Assembly (NCBI GenBank): GCA_963514005.1
Contig: OY740783.1
Coordinates: 129,890,001-129,954,000, forward strand
DNA: 64,000 nt
DNA from: Raja brachyura
Taxonomy: Eukaryota
Direction: 5' to 3'
This document shows, piece after piece, positions 25,301-37,300 of this stretch. The position numbers were made by a program, and so were the translations under genes. Under the pieces are notes generated by a model. It did no database searches. It had not been told where the DNA came from and was given only the letters and a program-made list of their open reading frames with translations. Numbering within the stretch: position 1 is the stretch's first letter; every line of letters starts with the position of its first letter.

Positions 25301-28300
25301 GTGTTTCTTCCCCTGTTGTTCTATTATTCACCTCTCTCTTCCCCCCTCTCTCTCTCTCCAGGCTTTTCGCACGATGGTTGGACAATGTCCGGTGCTGATG
25401 AGGTATCTGCGATGGAAGGGGCCTCTGCTGTGTTGCCGTGTACATTCACCTACCCACCCAATGGTGGCAACGTCACCGGCTCCGTGTTGTGGCACAACAA
25501 GTTGCCATTAGAGGCTCTCAGCCTTGTGTTTAAATGCACATATGCCGGTCCCGGCCGCCCCCGATGTGATGAAGTGACACAGAAGGCCGGAGGAGGTCGG
25601 TTCAAATTCGTGGGGAACCTCCCAGAGGGAGATGCCTCGATAATGGTGGAGCCGCTGAGAAAGAAGGACAGGAATAGTTACCGGTGCCGCGTGGAGCTCA
25701 CTGTTGGGGGTTTTCAATCTGTGATTCTCACGCAGCTGACTGTGGAAGGTGAGAACAATGTTCAGAAACTGTCGCTGCATCTTGTAGGGTCGGTGGGGGC
25801 GCTGCAAGCCGGCAGCCCCGTCAGCAGTGTGTTAGTCATTTCAACTTTTTTTATTTTTTTAGTGTGTTTTAAAGTGTGTTTTTTATGTTTCTTTGTGTGT
25901 CTTGTGTGGGGGGGATGAGGGGGAAACCGTTTCGGTCGCCTCCTTCACAGAGAGGCAACTTTTTCCAGGTCGCCTCCCGGTGGGCGAACAACAAGGATCG
26001 AGCGGCCTTTCCCGGAGACGCGCCCGGGGGTTCAGCGGCGGGCGCAGCGTGGACACTCGGCGGGGAGCAGGGGAGCAGGTGAGCCGTCGCCGGAGGGGAG
26101 CGCTCCGTTTCGCTGGTCCACGGCAGCCAGCAGCCTGAAGCCGCGGTCTGCAGAGCTCCAGCTGGCGCGGAGTCCGCAGCCTGGGATCCCCCCCGTTGGG
26201 AACCCGGGAGAAGAAGAAGCTCTCACCGCCGGCCCGCAGCCATCTTCTACCGCGGGCCCGGCGTGGACTAACCATCAGGAGTGGGGTCCCTCGCCTGGGA
26301 CCCCTGGAGGGGAGCTCCGACCGCCAGCCCTGCGGTCTGTGGTGCTTCTGGCTGCGGCGCGGCGGGAACTTTAAATCTTCGACCGCCGGCCTGCGGCCAA
26401 CACCAACCTGATGCCACGGTGTCTGGTGGGGAAGAGACGATTCTGGACTTACCTGGACTTTTACCTGCCTCGACATCTGGACGCCCGTAGCGGCGGCTGC
26501 GGAGGGTTGAGGTCCCGACCACGGGGGGAAATGGAGGAGGACTGGCCATTTTTTTTGCCTTCCACCACAGTGATGTATGCTGTGGTGGATGTTTGTGTTC
26601 AATTTTTAATGTGTTTTTGTGTGTTCTTTATCATTGTACCGCTGCTGACACATTCATTTCACTTGCACTTTGTGTGCAATGTGACGAATAAAACTGATTG
26701 ATTGATTGATTGTACAGTGAGTCATAGAGTTATACAGCATGGAAACAGGCCCTTCAGCCCAACTCATCCATGCTGACCCAGCTACACTAAACCGATTTGC
26801 CCATTATTTGACCCACATCCCTTTAAACCTTTTGTATCCGTGTGCCTGTCCAAATGTCTTTTAAATGTTGTTATAGTCCCTGCTTCAACTACCTCCTCTG
26901 GCAGCTCTCTCTATACATCCACCATGCTCTGTACCTTGAAGATTGAATACTCTAACCAAGTAGCCCTTGCATCCCCTCTCTCTCCATCCCTCCCCTACCC
27001 AAGCTTCAAAGTTGTCTTGTGTCTATCTTCAGAGTAAACCAGCATCAGGAACTGCAGATACTGGTTTACACTGAAGATAGACGTAAAATGCTGGAGTAAC
27101 TCAGCGGGACAGGCAGCATCTCTGGAGAGAAGGAATGGGTGATGTTTTTGGGTCGAGACACTTCTTCAGACAGAGTCAAGGGAGAGGGAGACACAAAGAT
27201 AATGAAGTGTAAGGTGTGAAAAGGAGACATCAAAGAGGATAAGTTCAAGGAAAATGTAAAATAGATCATTGTTAGCTAGAAGGAGGTGCCAATGTGCCGA
27301 AAGTCTTTTTGACCACCTTATCTACCTGCGACTCGACCTTCAAGGAACCATGCACCTGTACTCCAAGATCCCTCTGCTACACAACACTCCCCAGAGGCCC
27401 ACCATTCACTCTTCAGGTCCTGCCCTTGTTAGACTTCCCAAATTTAGAAAGGGCTGCAAGGAAAAGCCTGCAAACTACAATCCAATGAGCTTAACATATT
27501 TGGTAGGCAAGTTACTGGAGAGTATTCTGAGGTATAAGATATGTATTTGGATAGACAGGGACTGATTAAGGAGAGTCAGCATGGTTTTGTACGTGGGAGA
27601 TTGTCTCACAAATCAGATCGAGTTTTTTGGAGAGGCACCCAACAAGGTTGACGAGGCCAAATCCGTAAACGTTGCCTCTGTGGACTTCAGCAAGTCATTT
27701 AGTAAGGCTCCACTTGACAATAGACAATAGGTGCAGGAGTAGACCATTCAGCCCTTCGAGCCAGCACCGCCATTCAATGTGATCATGGCTGATCATCCAC
27801 AATCAGTACCCCGTTCCTGTATTCTCCCCATATTCCCTGACTCCGCTATCTTTAAGAGTCCTATCTGGCTCTCTTGAAAGTATTCAGAGAACCGACCTCC
27901 ACTGCCCTCTGAAGCAGAGAATTCCACAGCCTCACAACTCACTGAGAAAATGTGTTTCCTCGTCTCCATTCTAAATGGCTTACCCCTTATTCTTAAACTG
28001 TGGCCCCTGGTTCTGGACTCCCCCAACATCGGGAAAATATTTCCTGCCTCTAGCTTGTCCAAACCCCTAATAATCATATAGGTTTCAATAGGATACCCTA
28101 AATTCGAGGGTATACACGCCCAGCCGTTGCATTCTCTCAGCATATGACTGTCCTGCCATTCCGGGAATTAACCTTGTAAACCTTTGCTACACTCACTCAA
28201 TAGCAAGAATGTCCTTCCTCAAATTAGGGGACCAAAACTGCACACAATATTCCAGGTGTGGTCTCACTAGGGCCCTGTACAACTGCAGAAGGACCTCTTT

Positions 28301-31300
28301 GCTCCTATACTCGACTCCAAAATGCCATTCACTTTTTTCACTGCCTGCTGTACCTGCATGCTTACTTTCATAGACTGATGAACAAGGATCCCCCAGATCC
28401 CGTTGTACTTCCCCTTTTCCCAACTTGACGCCATTCAGATAGTAATCTGCCTTCCTGTTTTTTTTTACCAAAGTGGATAACCTCACATTTATCCACATTA
28501 TACGCCATCTGCAATGCATCTGCCCACTCCCACAACCTGTCCAAGTCACCCTGTATTCTCATAGCATCCTCCTCACAGTTCAAACTGCCACCCAGCTTTT
28601 ATGTCATCTGCAAATTTGCTAATGTTACTTTGAATCCCTTCATCCAAATCATTGATTCATATGGTAAATAGCTGCAGTTCCAGCACCGAGCCTTGCGGTA
28701 CCCCACTAGTCCCTGCCTGCCATTCTGAAAGGGACCCGTTAATCCCTACTCTTTGTTTCCTGTCTGCCAACCACTTCTCTATCCATGTTAGCACTCTACC
28801 CCCCAATACAATGTGCCCTAAATTTGCCCACTAATCTCCTATGTGGGACATTATCAAATGTTTTCTGAAAGTCCAGGTACACTACATCCACTAGCTCTCC
28901 CTTGTCCATTTTCGTAGTTTCATCCTCAAAAAATTCCAGAAGATTAGTCAAGCATGATTTCACCTTCGTCAATCCATGCTGACTCGGATCGATCCTGTTA
29001 CTGCTATACAAATGTGCGGCTATTTCACCTTTAATAATTGACTCCAGCATCTTCCCCACCACCGATGTCAGGCTAACTGGTCTATAATTTCCTGTTTTCT
29101 CTCTCCGGCCTTTCTTAAACAGTGGGATTACATTAGCTACCTTCCAATCCACAGGAACTGATCCTTAGTCGATAGAACATTGGAAAATTATCACCAATGC
29201 ATCCACGATTTCTAGAGCCACTTCCTTAAGTACCCTGGGATGCAGACCATCGGACCCTGGGGATTTATCAGCTTTCAGTCCCATCAGTCTACCCAACACC
29301 ATTTCCTGCCTAATGTGGATTTCCTTCAGTTCCACCGTCACCCCAGATCCTCTGGCCACTAGTACATCAGGAAGATTGTTTGTGTCCTCCTTAGTGAAGA
29401 CAGATCCAAAGTACCTGTTCAACTCATCTGCCATTTCCTTGTCCCCCATAATAAATTCACCTTTTTCGGTCTTCAAGGGTCCAACTTTGGTCTTAACTAA
29501 TTTTTTCCTCTTCACATACCCAAAGAAGCTTTGACTATCCTGCTTTATATTCTTGGCCAGCTTACCTTCGTGCCTCATCTTTTCTCCCCGTATTGTCTTT
29601 TCAGTTATCTTCTGTTGCTCTTCAAACATTACCCAATCCTCTTGCTTCCCACTCATCTTTGCTACGTTGTACTTCTTCGCTTTAATTTTTATACTGTCCC
29701 TGACTTCCCTTGTCAGCCACGGTTGCACATTACTCCCCTGTGAATCTTTCTTCCTCCTAGGAATGAACTGCTGCTGTAACTTCTGTATTATTCCTAGAAA
29801 TACCTACCATTGCTGTTCCACTGTCATCCCTGCTAGTGTATCTTTCCAGTCAACTTTGGCCAGCTCCTCCCTCATGGCCCCATAGTCCCCTTTATTCAAC
29901 TGCAACATAGACACCTCCTATCTACCCTTCTCCCTCTACAATTATAGATTAAACCCGACCATGTTATGGTCACTGCCTCCTAATGGCTCATTAACCTCAA
30001 GTTCCTTTATCAAATCCGGTTCATTACATAACACTAAATCCAGAATTGCCTTCTCCCTGGTAGGCTCCAATACAAGCTGCTCTAAGAATCCATCATGAAG
30101 GCACTCTACAAAGTCCCTTTCTTGGGGTCCAGTACCAACCTGATTTTCCGAGTTTACCTGTGTGTTGAAATCTCCCATAAGAACCGCAACATCACCTTTG
30201 CTACATGCCAATTTTAACTCCTGATTTAACTTGTGCTCTATGTCCAGGCTACTGTTTGGGGGCCTGTAGATAAGTCCCATTAGGGTCTTTTTACCCTTAC
30301 AATTCCTTAGTTCTATCCATACTGACCCCACATCTCCTGTTTCAATGTCACCCCTTGCAAGGGACTGATTTCATTCCTCACCAACAGGGCTACCCCACCC
30401 CCTCTGCCCACCTGTGTCTTTTCGATAGGAGGTATACCCTTGCAACATCATACTTGCCAATTTCTAACTGATCCTCAAGCTCGTCCACTTTATTCCTTAT
30501 ACTTTGCGCATTCATATACAACACTTTGACCTCAGTATATAGGTATGTTACAAAACTTACCTTGAGCAGCGTTGCAATTCTGCCGCTCCCCGTGTGCGTG
30601 ACTTTGGCGCCTTTCGGAGGGAGGCGGGCTTAAAGTGCCGTTTTTCGACAGACTGGGCAAATCGATCAATGTCGGGCAATTTCGTTGCGGAAGAAAAATT
30701 GCTCCGACATTTCATTATTGAAGGTATTTTTAAATTACATTAGATTATTTATTATCTAGAGTAATTTAAAAATCACCTTCAAAAGCCTTGAGCGCCGACA
30801 GCGGGAAGGATTTTGCGTAGGGGAGAAAAAAAGGTACACAGTTTATTTTTATATTAAAAGTTGGTTTTTATGGAGGCTTTAATAATATTTTCATGTTGCG
30901 AAATAGGGTCCAAAAAAAATGTATGAACCAACAGTATTTTTCCTCCCGACTTCACCGCAAACCACAACGTTCCAATCCACCGCATTCTACTAAAACCCAC
31001 TCGCTGGCCCAGAAATTCATTAAAATCAGATTTAAAAATTATGTTATATTGTGGATTATTGTGTGAATGTTATTTGGACACTTAGGCAATTAAAAAAAAG
31101 TTTATCTTTTCTTAAGAAATGGATAGATGTTTAGATCTACTCATTGAATTTTGTAATTAGCTACAATTAGATAACTAACTAATTATATGCTTTAATTTCA
31201 GGTCATCCTAGTAAGATTGTTTCATATTTGTTTCAGAATGCTTCAATCTATAATAACTGAAAATTTCATTGCGTTCTCTTAATTTTTAAGAAAGTTATGG

Positions 31301-34300
31301 GCTTTTAACTGTTCTAGATCACAGCTTTTGATTTAAGTCAATTGAAAGGCAATGGGGAACAAGATGCTAATTTCCGAGTATGAAAATAGTCATAACTTTC
31401 TTAATACTGAAGATATGAAAGTGAATTAGGTGTCAAATTAAACTTCTTGTTATGCTTTTTCTAATGGGATAAATTGCAGACTTGATTTTAAAAATCTCAA
31501 AATTTTGTAACATTGCTACAGTATACACCTCCCTTCTCGCACCACTTGTAATTGGCCCTGACCTTACTCCCTTATCTCTTCTCGAACTTTCCTTCCCATT
31601 AATTTGAGAATCTTTTTTAATTTTTCCCTTCCCCTTCAACTCCACCTTTATACTCCCAATTTGTCAATCCTTCCCCCCCACTATTTAGTTTAAACCCACA
31701 CGTGTAGCCCTAGCAAACCTGCCTGCCAGAATGTCGGTCCCCCTCCAGTTAAGGTGTAACCCGTCCCATTTGTGCAGGTCACCCCAACCCCAGAAGAGAT
31801 CCCAGTGGTCTATACATCTAAATTCTTGCTCCCTGCACCAGCCCCTCAGCCACACATTCAGATCCCCTATCTCCCTGTTCCTGTCCTCGCTAGCACGAGG
31901 TACTGGAAGCAATCCAGAGATGACCTGACGACTGACGACGTTACATTGACGACTGCTTTGGTGTCACCTCCTGCACCCAAGCACAACTGACTGACTTCAT
32001 CCATTTCACCACCAACTTCCACCCGGCACTCAAATACACTTGGACCATTTCCGACATTTCCCTACCATTCCTTGACCTCACCATCTCTATTGCAGGTGAT
32101 ACACTCCTGACTGACATCCACTACAAACCAACTGACTCCCACAGCTACCTGGACTACTCTTCCTCCCACCCTGCTTCCTGTAAGGACTCCATCCCCTATT
32201 CCCAATTCCTCCGTCTACGCCGCATCTGCTCCCAGGATGACGTGTTCCACACCAGGTCATCACAAATGTCCTCGTTCTTCAGAGAACGGGGTTTCCCCTC
32301 CCCCACTATAGATGAGGCTCACACCAGGGTCTCCTCCATACCCCGCAACACTGCCCTCTCTCCCCATTCCCCCACTCACAACAAGGGCCGAGTCCCCCTG
32401 GTCCTCACCTTTCACCCCACCAGCCAGCGCATATAACAAATAGTCCTCTGCCAGTTTCGCCACCTCCAACGTGACCCCTCCACTCGCCACATCTTCCCAT
32501 CTCCCCCCGTCTGCCTTCCGCAAAGACCGCTCCCTCCGCAACTCCCTCGTCAATTCTTCCCTTCCCTCCCGCTCCACTCCTTCCCCGGGCACTTTCCCTT
32601 GCACTGCAAGAGATGCTACACTTGTCCCTTCACCTCCCCCATCCACTCCTTTCAGGGACCCAAGCAGTCATTCCAAGTCCGACAGAGGTTCACCTGCACC
32701 TCCTCCAACCTCATCTACTGCATCCGTTGCTCCAGATGCCAGCTGATCTACATTGGTGAGACCAAGCGGAGGCTGGGCGATCGTTTCGCCGAACACTTCC
32801 GCTCGGTCCGCAATAACCAACCCGACCTCCCGGTGGCTCAGCACTTCAACTCCCCTTCCCATTCCGTATCCGACCTCTCGGTCCTGGGCCTCCTCCACGG
32901 CCAGAGTGAGCAACACCGCAAGTTGGAGGAACAGCACCTCGTATTCCGCCTGGGGAGTCTGCATCCTCTGGGCTTAAACATTGAATTTTCTCAATTCTGT
33001 TAACCCAGAATGCCCCCTCCCCCTCCCCACCTCTCCCTCAGCCCTCGGGCCCTGACATTCCTTCTCCATCTTCCCCCTCCCCCCCCCCCCCCACCCCAGT
33101 CGCACTAGTTTCTCATTTCCACACCACAAACAGCTTACAATGGCCTGCTTCCTTTATCATCAATACTTTTTTGCATATCTTTCATTCATTGTTCTTTATC
33201 TCTCCACATCACTGTCTATATCTCTCGTTTCCCTGATCCCTGACCAGTCTGAAGAAGGGTCTCGACCCGAAACGTCGCCTAGCTCCTTCGCTCCTTAGAT
33301 GCTGCTGCACCCGCTGAGTTTCTCCAGCTTTTTGTGTAACCCCAGAGATGACCAGCCTAGAAGTCCTGCTTTTCAGTCTTCATCCTAACTCTCCGAAGTC
33401 ATGTTGGAGAACCTCCTTCCTCTTCTTCCCCATGTCGTTTGTGCCTACGTGCACAACTACTGCCAGCTGTTCACCTTTTCTCTCGAGGATGTTCTGAATT
33501 TGGCTCGTGACATCCTGAACCCTGGCACCAGGGAGTCAATAGACCATCCTCACGTCTCATCTGCCACCACAGAATCTCCTGTCTGCTCCTCGGACAATGG
33601 AGTTACCCACCACTATGGCTTTGCCCAACGCCAGTTGCGTCCCATCTCTAAGATTTACGAGGATGTTGCCAGGACCTGAGCTAGAGGGAAAGGTTGGGCA
33701 GATTAGGACTTTATTCCATGCAGCGCAGGAAGATGAGGGGTGACCTTGCAGAGGTGTATAAGATCGTGACGGGAATAGATGGGGTAAATGCACAGAGCCT
33801 TCTGGCCAGAGTAGGGGAATCGAGAGGAGAAAGGTAGGAGAGGGGGGAAAGATTTAATAGGTACCTGAGGGGTAACTATTGTACACAAATGGGTTGGGTG
33901 TATAGAATGAGCTGCCAAAGGTGGTAGCTGAGGTAGGTATTATCGCAAGACATTTGGATAGGTACATGGATAGGAAATGTTAAAATGGCCAAACGCAGGC
34001 AGGTGGGACTAGTCTCGATGGGCATCTTGGTTGGCATGGGAAAGTTGGAATGCACTGCCAGGGGTGGTGGTGGAGGCAGATACTATAGTGGTGTTTAAGA
34101 GGCCTTTAGATAGGCACATGGATACGCAGGAAATGGAGGGATATGGATTGTGTGCAAGCAAAGAAGATCAATTTGATTTGGCTTCATGTTCGGCACAGAC
34201 ATTTTGGAACGAAGCATCCTCCTGTGCTGTACGGCTCGATGTTCCACGTTTTATAACATTCCCCACCTTTGTTATCAGATTCCACCCTCTACACCCTTTA

Positions 34301-37300
34301 GTCTTCCCCACTGAACATCTCCAGCCTTGGTCACTACCTCTACGCTTCTTCCATCACCTCATTCATCCCTCTCCTCACCAGGATCTATCTATCACTTGTC
34401 CAAAGTCTGAAGAAGGGTCTCCACCCAAAACATCACCCATTCCTTTTCTCCAGGGAAGCTGCCTGTCCTGCTGAGTTACTCCAGCATTTTGTGTCTACCT
34501 TCCATCTATCACTTGCCAGCTCTTGCACCACCACTCCCCTCACCTCTTTCTACAGCAATCTCCCCTCTACTCCGTCAGACTGAAGAAAGGAACCGATCCG
34601 AAAGGTCATCTGTCCATTTACCTCCCCGGATTGCTGGGGTCTTTTCACCACAACCCTCTGTCTATCAGTAAATTAGTTCTGAATCCAAATGGTCATGGCA
34701 CCATTAATCCTTCTGAGTCAGCCTACCATGAAGAGTGGCACGGTGGCACAGCGGTGGAGTTGCTGCCTCACAGCGCCAGAGACCCGGCTTCGATCCCGAC
34801 TACAGGTGCTGTCTGTTCTTTCGGTTTTTTCCGGGTGCTCAGATTTCCTGCCACACTCCAATAATCTGCAGGTTTGCAGGTTAATTGGCTTCTGTAAATT
34901 ATCCCTAGTGCGTGTAAGGTAGTGTTAAGCCCCTGTCCCACTTAGGAAACCTGAACGGAAACCTCTGGTGAGCTTGCCCGCGACGCAAGGTTTCCACGAG
35001 GTCGCCGGAGGTTTTGGTCACTCTCTCTAATGGTCGAAAGTGGTTTCCGCTTGGTCAAGGCTTCATCTAGGTTGCTTCGATTGTTTCAACAAAATCAAAA
35101 CCAGCCTCGACTAAAAATAGGTTGCTGTTTTAAAAATTAATAATTTTTTAGTCGCAGGTCTATTCGAAGCCGGTTTTCTTCACAGTCGAGGAAGGTTTTC
35201 AACATATGTGTGGGAGGTGGTAGAAGGTTGCAGGTCACCTCGACCTTGATTTTTTGTTTGGGTGGCGGGCAAGGTCTCCAGAGGTTGCTGTTTAGGTCTT
35301 GTCAGTGGGACAGGGGCTTAAAGGGGCTTAAAAGGTCTCCCGAGTGGGATGATTGCTGGTCGGCACGGACTCGGAGGGCCGAAAGTCCTGCTTCCACGCT
35401 GTATCTTTAAACTCAAATAGCATAAAAGATGCTGCCTGACCCGCTGAGTCCCTCCAGCACTTTCTTTTTTGCTGATGATTCCAGCATCTTCAGTTCCTTG
35501 AGTCTACAAGTTTGGCTGGTTGGGTTCTCTGGGGCAGTTTTTAAGCCTCGAATTTTTCCCCGATAAGTTGGTTGATTGCGGTCGGCGAGGTTCAACTGAT
35601 GCATTCCGGTGTCTGTCCTTCCCTCAGCGCCCGGCGGGAATGTCTCAGTGGTGACTGGGACTGTGGGAGGTTCGGCCACGTTACCCTGTGTGTATCAGCA
35701 ACCCCAGCGTTACCGCAGCGTCCTCACGGTCACATGGATGAGGAAGGATCCCTACCGACACATCGTCACGTTCACACACAAAGCTGATGGATCCTGGGCG
35801 GTGGAGAACGGAGCAACTCGGTTCGAGCTGGTCGGGGACCCAGAGCTGGGAAACGTCTCAACCAGGATAAACCAGCTGAGTGTGGAGGACAGTGACGGCT
35901 ACCAGTGTCTGGTGGAGTTCAGCAAACCGGAATACTACGATGCGACAAAGGACGTCGACGCACATTTGAGGAGCAGCGTACACCCCCCGTACACCCATCA
36001 GTACCAGCGTGAGGTCCGGCTCCAGGTCCAGCAGCCGCTCGCACCCGGTAAGAAACCATCGCCACGTTCTGCCGTGTGGAGCGAAGGTCAATAGTTTGCC
36101 TGAACCCCACCCCACCCCCACACATGTGCCGTTCAGTGTAGCTTCCTCTCCCGTGCCCGGACCCTTGCGCTGAATGCCGTGTGTGTCACTCCCAGAGTCA
36201 GACCGACTGACGGAGTCCGAACCAGTGAGTCGTTATTCATAGAGTTGTAGAGAGTCACAGAGTCCCAGGTCCTTCTGCCCATCTTGCCCACGCCGACCAA
36301 CATGCCCCATCAACACTAGTCCCGCCTGTCCACATTTGGCCCATATCCTTCTAAACTTATCCTCCCCAAGAACCTGTCTAAATGTCTCTTAAATGTTGCA
36401 AGAATCCCTGCCTCAACCACCTCCTCCTGCGGCTCTTTCCTTACACCCACCAATCTTTGTGTAAAAAAAGTTACCCCTCAGATTCCTATTAAATCTTTCC
36501 CGCCTCACCTTAAATCTATGTCAGGTGGTTCTGGATTCCCCAACTCTGGACAAAAGACTGTGTGTGTTTACCCGATCTATTCCTCTCATGATTTTTATAC
36601 ACCTCTATAAGATCGCCCCTCATCCTCCTGCGCTCCAAGGAATAATGTCCTAGCCTGCTCAACGTCTCCCTACAGCTCAGCATGTCAAGTCACATCCTTG
36701 GCAACACCCTTGTAAATCATCTCTGCATCCTTTCCAGCTTGACAGCATCGTTCAAGTTCAAATGTATTTGTCACGTGCACCATAAGGTGCAGTGAAATGT
36801 GATTTACCATGCAGTGTTACAATTAAAAAAGGACATAGTACACAATGTAATTCAACACACATCCACCACAGCATTCTTCACTGTGGTGGAAGGCAATACT
36901 GTTCAGACAGTCCCGTACATGGTGACCAAAACTGAACACAATATTCCAAATGTGGCCTCTCCTATGTCTTATACAACAGTAACATATCCTCCCAACTTCC
37001 ATACTCAATACTCTGACTGATGAAGACCAATGTGCCAAAAGCCTTTATGATCACCCTATCATCGGCTGATATTCAATCACGGCTGATCTGTCTTTCCCTC
37101 TCAACCCCATTCTCCTGCCTTCTCCCCATAACCCCTGATACCAAAACCAGTCAAGAATCTATGAATCTCCGCCTTAATAAATATTCATTGACTTGGCCCC
37201 CATGCCCGTCTGTGGTAATGAATTCCACAGATTCACTACCCTGTTACTCACGAAATATCGCCTCAACTCCTTCCTAAAGGTACATTATTTTATTCTCAGG

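Larger units (their letters stand above)
27716..33640 (-). mobile_element. Long decayed CR1/HER1-type LINE (ORF1 esterase plus ORF2 EN/RT), interrupted by two younger insertions
   Basis: [12 protein letters not shown] and DGLHLN (SGNH esterase). IYRPPN, GDFN and SDHN (EN). [16 protein letters not shown] and YLDFQK (RT). (gacaata)n tail. Confidence 0.9.

Noticed and set aside
25749-25918. Hydrophobic tail of the 210-aa ORF as a TM segment of a single-V protein
   Set aside because: It lies past a strong splice donor and comes from a T/G-rich part of an inserted repeat. A read-through isoform is not excluded but is unsupported
24409-26701. Long GC-rich ORFs flanking exon 2
   Set aside because: Open in several frames on both strands because of high GC in retroposon sequence, with no recognisable domain
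25362-36047. Rearranging V segments (Ig/TCR/NAR)
   Set aside because: Both V exons include their own G strand and end in splice donors. No heptamer-spacer-nonamer follows them, and nearby CACAGTG hits (e.g. ~24430, ~26566) lie in repeats and lack a nonamer
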